This document shows, one piece after another, positions 24,508 to 34,400 of a stretch of DNA of 35,172 bases; position 1 is the first letter of the stretch; every line of letters starts with the position of its first letter. The stretch is from positions 1 to 35,172 of IMG/VR virus record IMGVR_UViG_3300043036_000433. One strand, written 5' to 3'. The notes beneath the pieces were generated by a model. That model did not search any database and had not been told where the DNA came from. It saw only the letters and a list, made by a program, of their open reading frames with translations. This DNA comes from a virus. Lineage: Duplodnaviria; Caudoviricetes. Both the position numbers and the translations under genes were made by a program.

Positions 24508-26418
24508 ATGGCATTAAATCTAGTACGTAATAGTAAGGTATACTTTACTACAAACGTTAACTCTACAACCGGAGCAATTAATACTTCCGGCTTTACTACA
24601 GCAAATACCCAAGAAATTCAAGTTCTTGATGGATTTACTTTCTCACAAAACACAAACGCTGATACCGTAACTATTTCAGAAGCAGGCGGCGATCCAGTTC
24701 GTGGTCAACGCAGTTTTAACACTAGCTTAGCTCCAGTAGACTTTTCGTTCTCAACATATGTTCGCCCTTATAGCACAGGTAGTGCAATTACTGCTGAAGA
24801 ATCTGGTTTATGGAATGCACTACTAGGTACAGTATCACAAGAAAATAGTTCTACTACAATTCCTAGTGTTACCACTACAGCTGGTGCTTCAACATATGCA
24901 GCAACAACGGGTATTCTTACCATTGCGGTTACTGCTTTACCTACTAATATTGCTGTAAATAACATTATTACGCTAACGGGTCTTACTACTGCTACTGCTG
25001 GTGATGCCGTTTATCTTAACGCTCCAGCTAAAGTACTAACCCTAAGTTCTAGCGCAGTTACCTTACAGATGATTAATCCTAGACCAGATCTAGCATCTAT
25101 TTCACAGATTACAGCACCTTCAACCATTACGGTACATAAGGCAGCATGGGCTCCAGTTAGCTCTAGCTACTCTCTAGCTACTACAGCTGGATCTAACAAA
25201 AATCAATTACTAAAGTTCGGTATGATTTTCGTAGTTGACAGTGTAACTTATGCTGTTGATAATTGCGCTATGAATCAAGTAACTCTAGACTTTGGTTTAG
25301 ATGCTATTGCTACTCTAGCATGGACTGGTCAAGCTACTACATTACGTGAAATTTCACTAACTGGTGGTATTACCATTAATAGTGCTGCGGTAACAAACTT
25401 ACCTACAACTGAAAATATCTTTGTTGGTAACGTTGTAAGATACACCGGTGCAGGCGGTTTAACATCCCAAACATCTACAGCAGCAGCTAATAACGTTAGC
25501 ATTTCAAGTATTAACGGACCAACTTCCTTAACATTAACTGGTGGTACACTAACAAGCAGCGGTACCGCCTCTGACTTTAAAGTGTATAACTTTAGCGCAG
25601 CGGGAACTATTGGTACTGTAACAGGTTCCGCAAGTCCTTGGACTGCTCCAGTAACTGGTTTAACTAGTACGCAAGGTATTTCAGTTGGTGACATTATTAC
25701 TGCATCTAATAATGTGGGAGTATGGGGAACAGGTACAGCTAAGGTTATTTCTGTAGATACTGCAGCTGCTATTACGGTTCAATGGACCGGAGGAGTTACC
25801 CCTACAGCTGGAACCATACAAAATGTATACACACAAATTGCTACACTAAGTGTTGCTGCAACTGCTCTTACTGCTGCTGCTAAAAATACTAGTGCACCAT
25901 TTATTACTAATAAATTAAGTACTGTTAGCTTCAAGACTCTAAATGCACTAGGTTCAGCAGCAGCTACAACATACGCAATTGCACTAACTGGTGGGTCATT
26001 AACTATTAACAACAATATTAGTTATATTACTCCAGCTAACCTTGGTGTTGTTAACGTTCCAGCCGTATACTACACAGGTACACGCTCTATTACTGGTACT
26101 ATGAATGCTTACCTAAAAACAGGTAGTGGTGTTGGTGGTACGGGTCAATTGCTATCAGACATGCTTGCAGCAGCTAGTGCTTCTGTTGAGCCAATGGCAG
26201 CATTGACTATTGCGGTTGGTGGTTCTGCTAATACTACTAAAGTTGAATTAGATATGCCTGCGGTTACATTCAGTATTCCAAGTATTGACGTTCAGCAAGT
26301 TATTTCTACTGCTATTAACTTTACTGCTGAAGGTTCTGACCCAAGCTCAACAGTTAATGGTAACACATTTGACGTTGGTGCAACCAACGACTTATCTGTT
26401 CGTTACTACGCAGCTTAA
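24508..26418 (+). CDS. Major tail tube protein (T5 pb6-like) with internal insertions
   Basis: MALNLVRNSKVY, EAG..PVRGQRSFNTSL.PVDFSFSTYVRP, DFGLDAIATLAWTG, ALTGGSLTINNNISYITP, TGTRSITG.MNAYL. Confidence 0.9.
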   Translation: MALNLVRNSKVYFTTNVNSTTGAINTSGFTTANTQEIQVLDGFTFSQNTNADTVTISEAGGDPVRGQRSFNTSLAPVDFSFSTYVRPYSTGSAITAEESGLWNALLGTVSQENSSTTIPSVTTTAGASTYAATTGILTIAVTALPTNIAVNNIITLTGLTTATAGDAVYLNAPAKVLTLSSSAVTLQMINPRPDLASISQITAPSTITVHKAAWAPVSSSYSLATTAGSNKNQLLKFGMIFVVDSVTYAVDNCAMNQVTLDFGLDAIATLAWTGQATTLREISLTGGITINSAAVTNLPTTENIFVGNVVRYTGAGGLTSQTSTAAANNVSISSINGPTSLTLTGGTLTSSGTASDFKVYNFSAAGTIGTVTGSASPWTAPVTGLTSTQGISVGDIITASNNVGVWGTGTAKVISVDTAAAITVQWTGGVTPTAGTIQNVYTQIATLSVAATALTAAAKNTSAPFITNKLSTVSFKTLNALGSAAATTYAIALTGGSLTINNNISYITPANLGVVNVPAVYYTGTRSITGTMNAYLKTGSGVGGTGQLLSDMLAAASASVEPMAALTIAVGGSANTTKVELDMPAVTFSIPSIDVQQVISTAINFTAEGSDPSSTVNGNTFDVGATNDLSVRYYAA

Positions 26419-26428
26419 TTAGTTTCTC

Positions 26429-26461
26429 TGGTGGGGGTTTGATCTCCCCCACCTCTTTTTT
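26429..26461 (+). terminator. Terminator after tail tube gene
   Basis: GGTGGGGG…CCCCCACC plus T-run. Confidence 0.8.
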
Positions 26462-26494
26462 CTCACTGTTATAATAAATAAAAGGACCATATTC

Positions 26495-26923
26495 ATGGCA
26501 ACAAACGCAGCACTAAGCCTTAAATCACTACTAGTACCATCAAAAACGGTCGAAGTTGATTACCCTGGCTTTAACGGATTCAAAATTAACGTAGTTTTCT
26601 TGTCACGTGAAACCTTGGTAGGTATTCGCAAGAAAGCAACAAAAACAACTTTTAAGAATCGTCAACCAGTTGAAGAACTTGATGACAAATTATTCTTACA
26701 ACTATACGTTAATGCGTGTATTAAAGGCTGGAGTGGGTTTAAACTAAGTTATCTAGAGCAACTAGCTCCAGTAGACCTAAGTGGTCAAGACTTGGAAAGC
26801 GAACTACCTTACGACCAGGATAATGCACTATTCTTAATGCAAGCTTCCGCCAACTTTGATTCTTTTATTAGTGAAACAGTAACTGAGCTATCAAATTTCA
26901 CGAAGACCAGTACCGAGAGTTAA
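26495..26923 (+). CDS. Tail assembly chaperone (gpG-like)
   Basis: Between tail tube and TMP; IKGWSG motif; slippery AAATTTC near the 3' end. Confidence 0.8.
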   Translation: MATNAALSLKSLLVPSKTVEVDYPGFNGFKINVVFLSRETLVGIRKKATKTTFKNRQPVEELDDKLFLQLYVNACIKGWSGFKLSYLEQLAPVDLSGQDLESELPYDQDNALFLMQASANFDSFISETVTELSNFTKTSTES

Positions 26924-27273
26924 ATCGACAACTAGAGTCTTACTTTGCTAACAGCGCAGTATCAATGACAAAAGACGCATACTTTGAGATGTGTGAAATG
27001 ATGGGTACTGAGCCAGTAGATGAAGAAATCCCCGTAGAGTACGAGGATTTCTGCTTAGATGTTCAAGAAGCTTTTAGTATCTACCAAAAGCTTCGAGATG
27101 AGTGGGACACAATGAATGGGATTTATTTAGGTAAAAACTATGCAGGACTAATAGATTTATTAGAGCTGCTTGAGGTACCGGTCGAAGATCGTAGAACTCA
27201 GTATGAGTTAATAGGGATAATTGATGGGCATAGGTCAAAAGCCATTGCCGACGCAAAACCGAAAACAAAATAA
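26900..27273 (+). CDS. Tail assembly chaperone extension (gpT-like), reached by -1 frameshift
   Basis: The -1 frame is open from the slippery site into the annotated ORF 26965..27273 (MTKDAYFEMCEMMG…). Confidence 0.75.
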
Positions 27274-27275
27274 AC

Positions 27276-27361
27276 AGCCCCTTGTACTTAACGGTACAGG
27301 GGGTTTTTTATTGGGCGAAAAAATTTTATCTATTGACACCATTCCCCGGTAGTGGTATAAT
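27276..27361 (+). promoter_or_regulatory. Terminator followed by consensus promoter for TMP
   Basis: GCCCCTTGTAC…GTACAGGGGGT-TTTTT, then TTGACA(27333)-17-TATAAT(27356). Confidence 0.8.
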
Positions 27362-27414
27362 GGTAGCAACTAATAATAATGCGTGATTTTTTTGCGTATT
27401 GACGAGGGAAATTT

Positions 27415-30400
27415 ATGGCAAATAACATTAAAATAGGCATGACACTGGATGACGGTGGATCTATTGCCAACAAAAACAACGACGCAAAAGAACTTAAACA
27501 AACATTAATGCAAGCAGGTGAAGCTGCTAAAAATATACGGGTACCTGCTGCTGTACGTTCTGCGGCAGCACCTACAGGCATGGGTCAAACTAAAACAGCT
27601 CGCAGTGTTGGGGCCGGTGCAGGCACCGGTTCAAGTGCAAGTGACTTTGCTGCACAAGCTCAAGGCTTGGGAGGGCTTGTTCACGTATATGCAACTTTTG
27701 CTGCTAACTTATACGCTGTTAGTGCAGCTTTTGGAGCACTATCAAAAGCAGCGGATACCACAAATATTGTAAAAGGTCTAGATCAACTAGGCGCTCAAAG
27801 TGGTCGCGCACTAGGCAGCTTAGCAAAACAAATGGTTGTAGTTACTGATGGTGCAATCTCCATGCAACAAGCCATGACTTCTACTGCATTAGCTAGTAGC
27901 GGGGGCATGACTAATACTGCAATTTTACGTATGACCGAAGTAGCTCGCAAAGCTTCTTTAGCTTTAGGCCGAGATATGCCGGATTCAATGGATCGTTTAA
28001 CAAAAGGTATTGTTAAAATTCAGCCTGAATTATTAGACGAATTAGGTATTATGGCTCGTGTTATACCCGCTCAACAAGCATATGCTAAAGCAGTTGGTAA
28101 ATCCGTAGGTGATCTAACAGAATTTGAAAAACGCCAAGCTTTTGCAAATGCAGTACTAGACGAAGGTGAACGCAAATTTAGCGCAATCTCATTACAAAGC
28201 AATCCTTACTCTAAAATTCTAGCGTCTACGCAGAATTTAATGCAAACTACCTTAGAACTAGTAAATACTGCATTAGGACCACTACTAAATTTATTATCTT
28301 CTAGCCCAACGGCTCTTGGATTGGCTTTAGCATTTATTGGAAAAACACTTTTAACCATGGCGCTGCCAGCTATTGGACAGTGGAAAAAGGGCCTTGATGC
28401 AGCAACAGAAGCGGCTAGACAAAACGTTATTGAAACTAACGCTCAACGAGTAGCGCACAGAAAAAATGTAGATAGTCTGTTAGCAGAAAAAACGGCTACT
28501 GACGACTTAAGTGCTACAAAGAAAGCAAACTTAGCTATCGATAGCTTAGCTAATAAATCTTCTGCTAAGACTAAAAGATTACTACCAGAAACGGCCAATG
28601 CAGTAGACACACAAGGTTTAGACTTATTAGAAAAGCAAAATTTAGCGCTTAAAAAGCAAGGAGACTTGCTAGAAGCAAAACTAACTACGCTTAAAAATCC
28701 TGCTGCTATAGCAAGAAACACTGAAGAATTAAACGGAATACGTGCAACTACTAAAGCCCTAGATGACAAAATCATTGCAGGTAGGGCTTATGAAGCGTTA
28801 GAATCAGAAACTTACTCAAAATTTCAATATTTTACTAAGGCCGCTACTGATGCGCGTAAAGCTGATGCAGCAGCAGCTAAAAGTCAGCGCACTGCTATTT
28901 CTAAAGCTACTTCGGAAGCGTACCAAAAAGATGGTATGTCGGGAGGGTGGAAAGCACTTAATGAAGGTGTATCTAATGCTAAAAAAGGATTAGATACTGC
29001 AGGAGTTGCTTTTGATAATAACCAAAAAGCAATGAGTAGCTGGAATAGCATTTTAACTAAAGCAGCCGGTATAGGTATTATTGCAGTTGGAGTTTTTGAA
29101 ACATTAGCTGCTGCATTATCGTCTTTATTTATATACATAGGCGTAGCCGTAGCTGCATTTCAGTTGCTTGATTTTGCTTTTGGTAAAAACTCAAAACAAG
29201 CAGAAGCAGCCGCATCAGCGTTAGATAATTTGTCTAGTGCATCAGAAGCTGCAAACAATGTATTAAAAGATCTAGAAGGGAGAGACCCACTTTATAAAAT
29301 ATCTACTACGGCAATGACTGCAAAAGCTAATGCTATTTTAGAAGTTGGCGATGCTGCATCTAAGGCATTTAAAGCGGTCAAAGAACAAGACGATTCCGCT
29401 AGTTGGTTTGATAGATTAGTAGACACAGGTAAAATCTTACTAGGGTCTAATTTACTAAGAAAATCTTCTATAGAATTAGCTAAAAGTGTTGCTAACTCTT
29501 TTAAACTAGCTTCGCCTGGTGCTGAAACAACGAAAGCTTTAAAAGAAATTAAAGAGTTAACGGGAGTAGACCCCACAGATCAAGAAGCTTTTAAAGAATA
29601 CTTAAACGATACTCCAGAAAAATTCTTAGAAATTGCCCCAAAAGTTACTGCTGTTATGCAGCAGCTAGGAACAGATTTAAGCATTACTGCATCAAAGGGC
29701 AAAGAACTAGACGATTCATTTAAAACTGCAAGCGCCACTTTTGAAGCAATATTAGTAAGCATGATGCCTTCTGATAATTTAGCTAAACTAGGTTTTGAAA
29801 CTGTAGACGTAGCTAAAAAGATGGCTAAAGCCTTAGAGGACCCTACTACTGCATTAAGCAAGCTAGTAGAAATATCTGGCGATACTTCTAAACTAAGATT
29901 TTTTAGCCCGCAGGCAGCAGCTGAGTTGTATAAAGCTTCTCCACAGATAAAGATTATGACTTCTGATATTTCAGCATATACTGCCGGAATAGAAAAACTA
30001 AAACAAGAAGAACAAGATTTACTAGAACAACGTAAAGGTTTAGCCTTTACCCAACAAGTAGATACAAAATTATCTCAAAATAAAGCCCAACAGAAACTAC
30101 TGATAGATGTTTTAGATCCGTTAAAGGCAAAAATACAGCCATATATTGATACCCTTAACAAGGAACAAACTTCCGTATTTATTAAAGGTGCTAAATTAGT
30201 TGCAGATAGCATTGGTATAGGCTTTGAAAAAGCTCGTCTTACGGTTGCCAAAGCAACTGCTCAAGGTTTAGGAGATACTGCACAAGGCATTCAAGTACGT
30301 GCAGGATTAGATAAAGCCGGTGTTGATATACAGATACGCCAATTAGACGCTCAAATTAGTTTATCTACAGTTATGGATAGCTTGAGAATTGTTGAAGAAG

Positions 30401-33400
30401 AACGTCTTGTATTTGATCAACAAAAACAGCTAAACGATAAACAAAAAGAAAGATTTGATAAAGGTATCCCGGCTACTGATTCAGAAAGAAGTGCAGAATC
30501 AAAATTAAGTGGTGAACTAACTCAACGTAGAGTAGGTATCGAAATTGCTAAAGAAATGCAAACATCGACGCTAACTGCTGTAATGGCCGCATTAAAGTCT
30601 CCGGTGGGTAGTGCTAGATATATAGCTGCTTCAATTGCTTTACCTGGTGCGCAGCAGCGTGCTGGTGCAGGAGCCCAAAGAGCGCAACTTGGTGCTGAAA
30701 AAACTGGTATCGACATTACTACTAACTATGCTTTAATGGATCATGAAGTTAAAGTACAAAAAGACTTAAAAGATACAGAATTACAACGTTTAACAACGCA
30801 ACAACAAGAACTAGATATCAGAGCTAAAAATGCTTTGTACGTGGACCGAGAGTTATTAACACAAAAACAAAGAGTTACTGAACTAATTGCTTTAAACAGA
30901 GAAACATCTGAAAATTTAGATCTTGAAAATCAAATAGCTAAAGCAAAGCGTGCAGGAGTTAAGCCAGGTGAAGGTATTATGGGGGCGCCAGGCTCAAGTG
31001 CTGTTACTGAGCTACAATCAAAATTAGCTGAAAAGCAGAAAAGAGATAGTGAAGCTGCTGCTAAACGTGCGGCCGGGTATACTGAAGAAGCCGGAACTTT
31101 TGCAGAAGGTAAACGAGTAGTTCTTGCACAACAAGAATTAGACAAGAACAATGCCCTTGTAAAAGCCGAAGAAAATAGATCTGCTATAGAAAAAGAAAGA
31201 TTTAATCTTTTAAACTCAATAGGAGCACTAGACGCCAAATCAGTAATAGATGCTAATGCTAAATTTGCAATTGAAGATGCTACTAGAGCAAGTAACCAAG
31301 CTTTGTTTGATAAAAAGCAAGCCTTTGAGAAAGAAGATGCAGCACTAAAACAAAAATTAGGTACACAGCCAGAAGATTCGCCTGAGTATCGCAAAATACA
31401 GGCCGAAATTACGTTAAGAAAAACATACTACGATGATTCAGTGGCTGGCGAAGGAAGATTACTAGCCGCCAAAACATTCAGTATAACACAGCAACAAGCG
31501 TATAATACTTTACTGGACTCACAAAAAAGTACAATGGAAAAAATGGTAGACATTACTGCTAATCTTTCTACCGTATTTGGTGAACTAGGCAGTAATGTTG
31601 GAAAACTTGGCGAAACAATTGTAGCAACAGCACAACAAGAAGCCCTGTATTTAGAACAGAAAAAAGTCTTATTAGCGGAACAAGCAAAAGCTCCTGAAGG
31701 TAGTGATGAACAAAAAGACGCTACGGACAGACTAATAAAATTAGATCAAAAATACGCTAAAGATAAGATAAAAAATAACGCAAATATTCTTACTTCTACT
31801 GCAAAATTATTTAAAGAAGAAAGTAAGGGAGCTAAAGCAGTTGCAGCGCTACAAAAAGGTGCAGTACTAGAGCAAATATCGTTAAAAGCAAAAGAAGCTG
31901 ATTTTAGTACTGAAAACTTAGCTAAACAGTGGAATAACGCCAAAGAGTGGATGAGTAGTGTAGGGGATATGATACAAAAAGACGGCATTGCGGCCGTTGT
32001 TAAGCAAGGTATCGGAGGAGACCCATGGACTGCTATTCCTCGTATGATTACAATGGCTGCTTTCTTGTCTAGTTTAACAGGTGAAAATATTTCAGGACCT
32101 CCACCAATAGATCAAGGTACCTTAGCTGGTACAGGTCAACAAGTTGGTGCCGATGGTCAAACTATTGGCACTCGTGCAGGGGGGGTAATAGGTGATTCCA
32201 AAGCTACAGCACAATCATTAACAGGATCTATAGACGAATTGTCTAAAGTATTCTTTGATAATATGGGCTCTACTAGTAGTAACTTAATTACAAGCTTAAA
32301 AGGTATTCAAGAAAACACTTATAATACTGCTAAAGCTCTTGGAGCTGCAGGTGTATTAGGTAGTGGCAATCCTTTTGGTGCAGCTACCGGAGATAAGTCA
32401 GCATTTTCAACAGGTATAGGTTTATTAGATAACTTATTGGGCGGTATTTTTGGCGGTAATACTAGTAGATCTGTTACCGGAGCCGGCATCATGGGTTCAG
32501 GAACTTCTTCACAACTTGCTGCAGGTCAAAAAGAGTTTATAGGATATACCAATGTTCGTGAAGAGACTTCTGGTGGTTTATTTAGTAGTGGTAGTACTAG
32601 AGACTATCCTGTGTTATCAGTATTAGATAAGTCAATACAAAAAGGTATTCGTGGAATCTTTACAAACTTTAACGAAGTTTTACTGGAAACCGCAGGTAGT
32701 CTTGGACAAACCAAAGAAAACATTCAAGATATCTTAGATTCTACTATACTATCCGTAAAAGTATCTAACGTTGGTTTAACTGGCACTGAATTTGCTGAAA
32801 AGTTGAGCGCTGAGGTATCCATACAGTTAAATACGATTGCTGAAAAAGCTTACCCTTTCTTAAACTTGTATACAAAAGTTGGTGAAGAAAGCTTCCAAGT
32901 AGCCACCAGACTAATCAAAGACGGCGAAACCGTTAACTTTGGTTTAGGCATGGTAGGTAATGCCTTAAAAGATCTTGGTACTGCTTCTGAGTACACTGTT
33001 GCAGAACAGCAAAAGGTAATTAAAAACTTTGGTGGTACAGCAGAAGAATTTGCTTCAGCTATTGAAGGTTACTACAATGCATTGTTTAGCGATAGCGAGA
33101 AAGCTGCTTTTGGTACACAAAATGTACAAAAACAACTTAGTGCTCTTGGACAGACAGGTATTACAACTAACGAACAGCTAAAAGATTTAATTGCTTCAGT
33201 TGACCCTACTACTAAACTATATGCTAACTTAGTTAAACTAGCCCCAGCTTTTGCTGATGCTAATGCAGCTGCAAAAGCTCTAAGCAATAGTATTAGTGAT
33301 CAAGAGGCTGCAATTTATACTCTAATAGGTGAGCCAAGTAAAGCATTAGAAATTTCCCGTGCTAAAGAACTGGATGCGTTAGAAGATATCTTAAAGCCTC

Positions 33401-34296
33401 GTCAGCTATACATTAATGCTCTTACTGATGAAGTTGCTATTCGTGACAAACTTAAAGCTGCTTACACTTCAAGTAATACAGCACTAACTAACTCTATTAA
33501 AACACTTAACGACTATAAAACAGCACTAACAGCAGGAGCAAGCTCAACGCTAACACCTAGCGAAAAGTATGCCCAAGCTAAGTCAATATTTATGCAAACT
33601 GCAGCAGCTGCTCAAGCAGCAATAACTGCTAACAGTTCAACAGCAGATATTGCTGCACGCGATGCCGCGTTAGCTAAAATACAGTCGACGGGTGATGCTT
33701 TATTAGGTGCTAGTAAAGAAGTAAACGCTAGTGGTGCACAGTATTCATCAGACTTTGCGTCAGTAAGTGATACTGTTGGTAAAACTGCTGATATACTATC
33801 TACGCAACAAACTGACCAACAAAAGCAACTAGGTTTCTTAGAAATTACCGCTACAGCTACTGATACAATGGCAACATTGCTACAAAAGTACTTAGAGGCT
33901 CAAGCAACAACCGCGCTAGCGCAAGCTGGTGCAGTCGCAGCAAGCTCTACAGCAGCTACATTAACTATTCCAGGCCACGCACGTGGAGGATTAGCAAAAG
34001 GTGTATCAATTGTAGGCGAGCAAGGACCCGAAATTGTAGATTTCGCAAACCCTGGACGTGTTTACTCTAACCAAGCAAGTAATGATTTGTTTAATACTAA
34101 GGAATTAGTAGCAGAAATCAAAGCATTGCGTGAAGAAGTAAGCCAGCTACGTGAGGATCAAAACAAGCAAACAGGTGCTTTAATTGATACAACACTAAGA
34201 GCTAATGCACAAAATGCAGAAGCTATTACAACCGCAACAACAAATGCAGTCAACCAACAAAATTGGAAAACTCGTTCACAAGTTAATGTAGCGTAA
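27415..34296 (+). CDS. Tail tape measure protein (2293 aa)
   Basis: Position after chaperones; Ala-rich helical sequence; T5 pb2-like N-terminus (YATFAANLYAVSAAF, RLTKGIVK.QPELLDELGI); two hydrophobic segments. Confidence 0.93.
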   Translation: MANNIKIGMTLDDGGSIANKNNDAKELKQTLMQAGEAAKNIRVPAAVRSAAAPTGMGQTKTARSVGAGAGTGSSASDFAAQAQGLGGLVHVYATFAANLYAVSAAFGALSKAADTTNIVKGLDQLGAQSGRALGSLAKQMVVVTDGAISMQQAMTSTALASSGGMTNTAILRMTEVARKASLALGRDMPDSMDRLTKGIVKIQPELLDELGIMARVIPAQQAYAKAVGKSVGDLTEFEKRQAFANAVLDEGERKFSAISLQSNPYSKILASTQNLMQTTLELVNTALGPLLNLLSSSPTALGLALAFIGKTLLTMALPAIGQWKKGLDAATEAARQNVIETNAQRVAHRKNVDSLLAEKTATDDLSATKKANLAIDSLANKSSAKTKRLLPETANAVDTQGLDLLEKQNLALKKQGDLLEAKLTTLKNPAAIARNTEELNGIRATTKALDDKIIAGRAYEALESETYSKFQYFTKAATDARKADAAAAKSQRTAISKATSEAYQKDGMSGGWKALNEGVSNAKKGLDTAGVAFDNNQKAMSSWNSILTKAAGIGIIAVGVFETLAAALSSLFIYIGVAVAAFQLLDFAFGKNSKQAEAAASALDNLSSASEAANNVLKDLEGRDPLYKISTTAMTAKANAILEVGDAASKAFKAVKEQDDSASWFDRLVDTGKILLGSNLLRKSSIELAKSVANSFKLASPGAETTKALKEIKELTGVDPTDQEAFKEYLNDTPEKFLEIAPKVTAVMQQLGTDLSITASKGKELDDSFKTASATFEAILVSMMPSDNLAKLGFETVDVAKKMAKALEDPTTALSKLVEISGDTSKLRFFSPQAAAELYKASPQIKIMTSDISAYTAGIEKLKQEEQDLLEQRKGLAFTQQVDTKLSQNKAQQKLLIDVLDPLKAKIQPYIDTLNKEQTSVFIKGAKLVADSIGIGFEKARLTVAKATAQGLGDTAQGIQVRAGLDKAGVDIQIRQLDAQISLSTVMDSLRIVEEERLVFDQQKQLNDKQKERFDKGIPATDSERSAESKLSGELTQRRVGIEIAKEMQTSTLTAVMAALKSPVGSARYIAASIALPGAQQRAGAGAQRAQLGAEKTGIDITTNYALMDHEVKVQKDLKDTELQRLTTQQQELDIRAKNALYVDRELLTQKQRVTELIALNRETSENLDLENQIAKAKRAGVKPGEGIMGAPGSSAVTELQSKLAEKQKRDSEAAAKRAAGYTEEAGTFAEGKRVVLAQQELDKNNALVKAEENRSAIEKERFNLLNSIGALDAKSVIDANAKFAIEDATRASNQALFDKKQAFEKEDAALKQKLGTQPEDSPEYRKIQAEITLRKTYYDDSVAGEGRLLAAKTFSITQQQAYNTLLDSQKSTMEKMVDITANLSTVFGELGSNVGKLGETIVATAQQEALYLEQKKVLLAEQAKAPEGSDEQKDATDRLIKLDQKYAKDKIKNNANILTSTAKLFKEESKGAKAVAALQKGAVLEQISLKAKEADFSTENLAKQWNNAKEWMSSVGDMIQKDGIAAVVKQGIGGDPWTAIPRMITMAAFLSSLTGENISGPPPIDQGTLAGTGQQVGADGQTIGTRAGGVIGDSKATAQSLTGSIDELSKVFFDNMGSTSSNLITSLKGIQENTYNTAKALGAAGVLGSGNPFGAATGDKSAFSTGIGLLDNLLGGIFGGNTSRSVTGAGIMGSGTSSQLAAGQKEFIGYTNVREETSGGLFSSGSTRDYPVLSVLDKSIQKGIRGIFTNFNEVLLETAGSLGQTKENIQDILDSTILSVKVSNVGLTGTEFAEKLSAEVSIQLNTIAEKAYPFLNLYTKVGEESFQVATRLIKDGETVNFGLGMVGNALKDLGTASEYTVAEQQKVIKNFGGTAEEFASAIEGYYNALFSDSEKAAFGTQNVQKQLSALGQTGITTNEQLKDLIASVDPTTKLYANLVKLAPAFADANAAAKALSNSISDQEAAIYTLIGEPSKALEISRAKELDALEDILKPRQLYINALTDEVAIRDKLKAAYTSSNTALTNSIKTLNDYKTALTAGASSTLTPSEKYAQAKSIFMQTAAAAQAAITANSSTADIAARDAALAKIQSTGDALLGASKEVNASGAQYSSDFASVSDTVGKTADILSTQQTDQQKQLGFLEITATATDTMATLLQKYLEAQATTALAQAGAVAASSTAATLTIPGHARGGLAKGVSIVGEQGPEIVDFANPGRVYSNQASNDLFNTKELVAEIKALREEVSQLREDQNKQTGALIDTTLRANAQNAEAITTATTNAVNQQNWKTRSQVNVA

Positions 34297-34301
34297 AAAC
34301 T

Positions 34302-34375
34302 GCCCCGGTAACCCCGGGGCTTTTTTACGCCTAATAAAAATTATGCTTGACTTCGAGTACCTAAAAGAGTATAAT
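34302..34375 (+). promoter_or_regulatory. Terminator followed by promoter
   Basis: GCCCCGG…CCGGGGC-TTTTTT, then TTGACT(34347)-17-TATAAT(34370). Confidence 0.8.
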
Positions 34376-34400
34376 AGGGTAAATTGATTTAGGAGATAAT

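Noticed and set aside
27330-33287. Numerous minus-strand ORFs within the TMP and tail genes
   Set aside because: Antisense shadows of Ala/Thr-rich coding sequence; no promoters or RBS.
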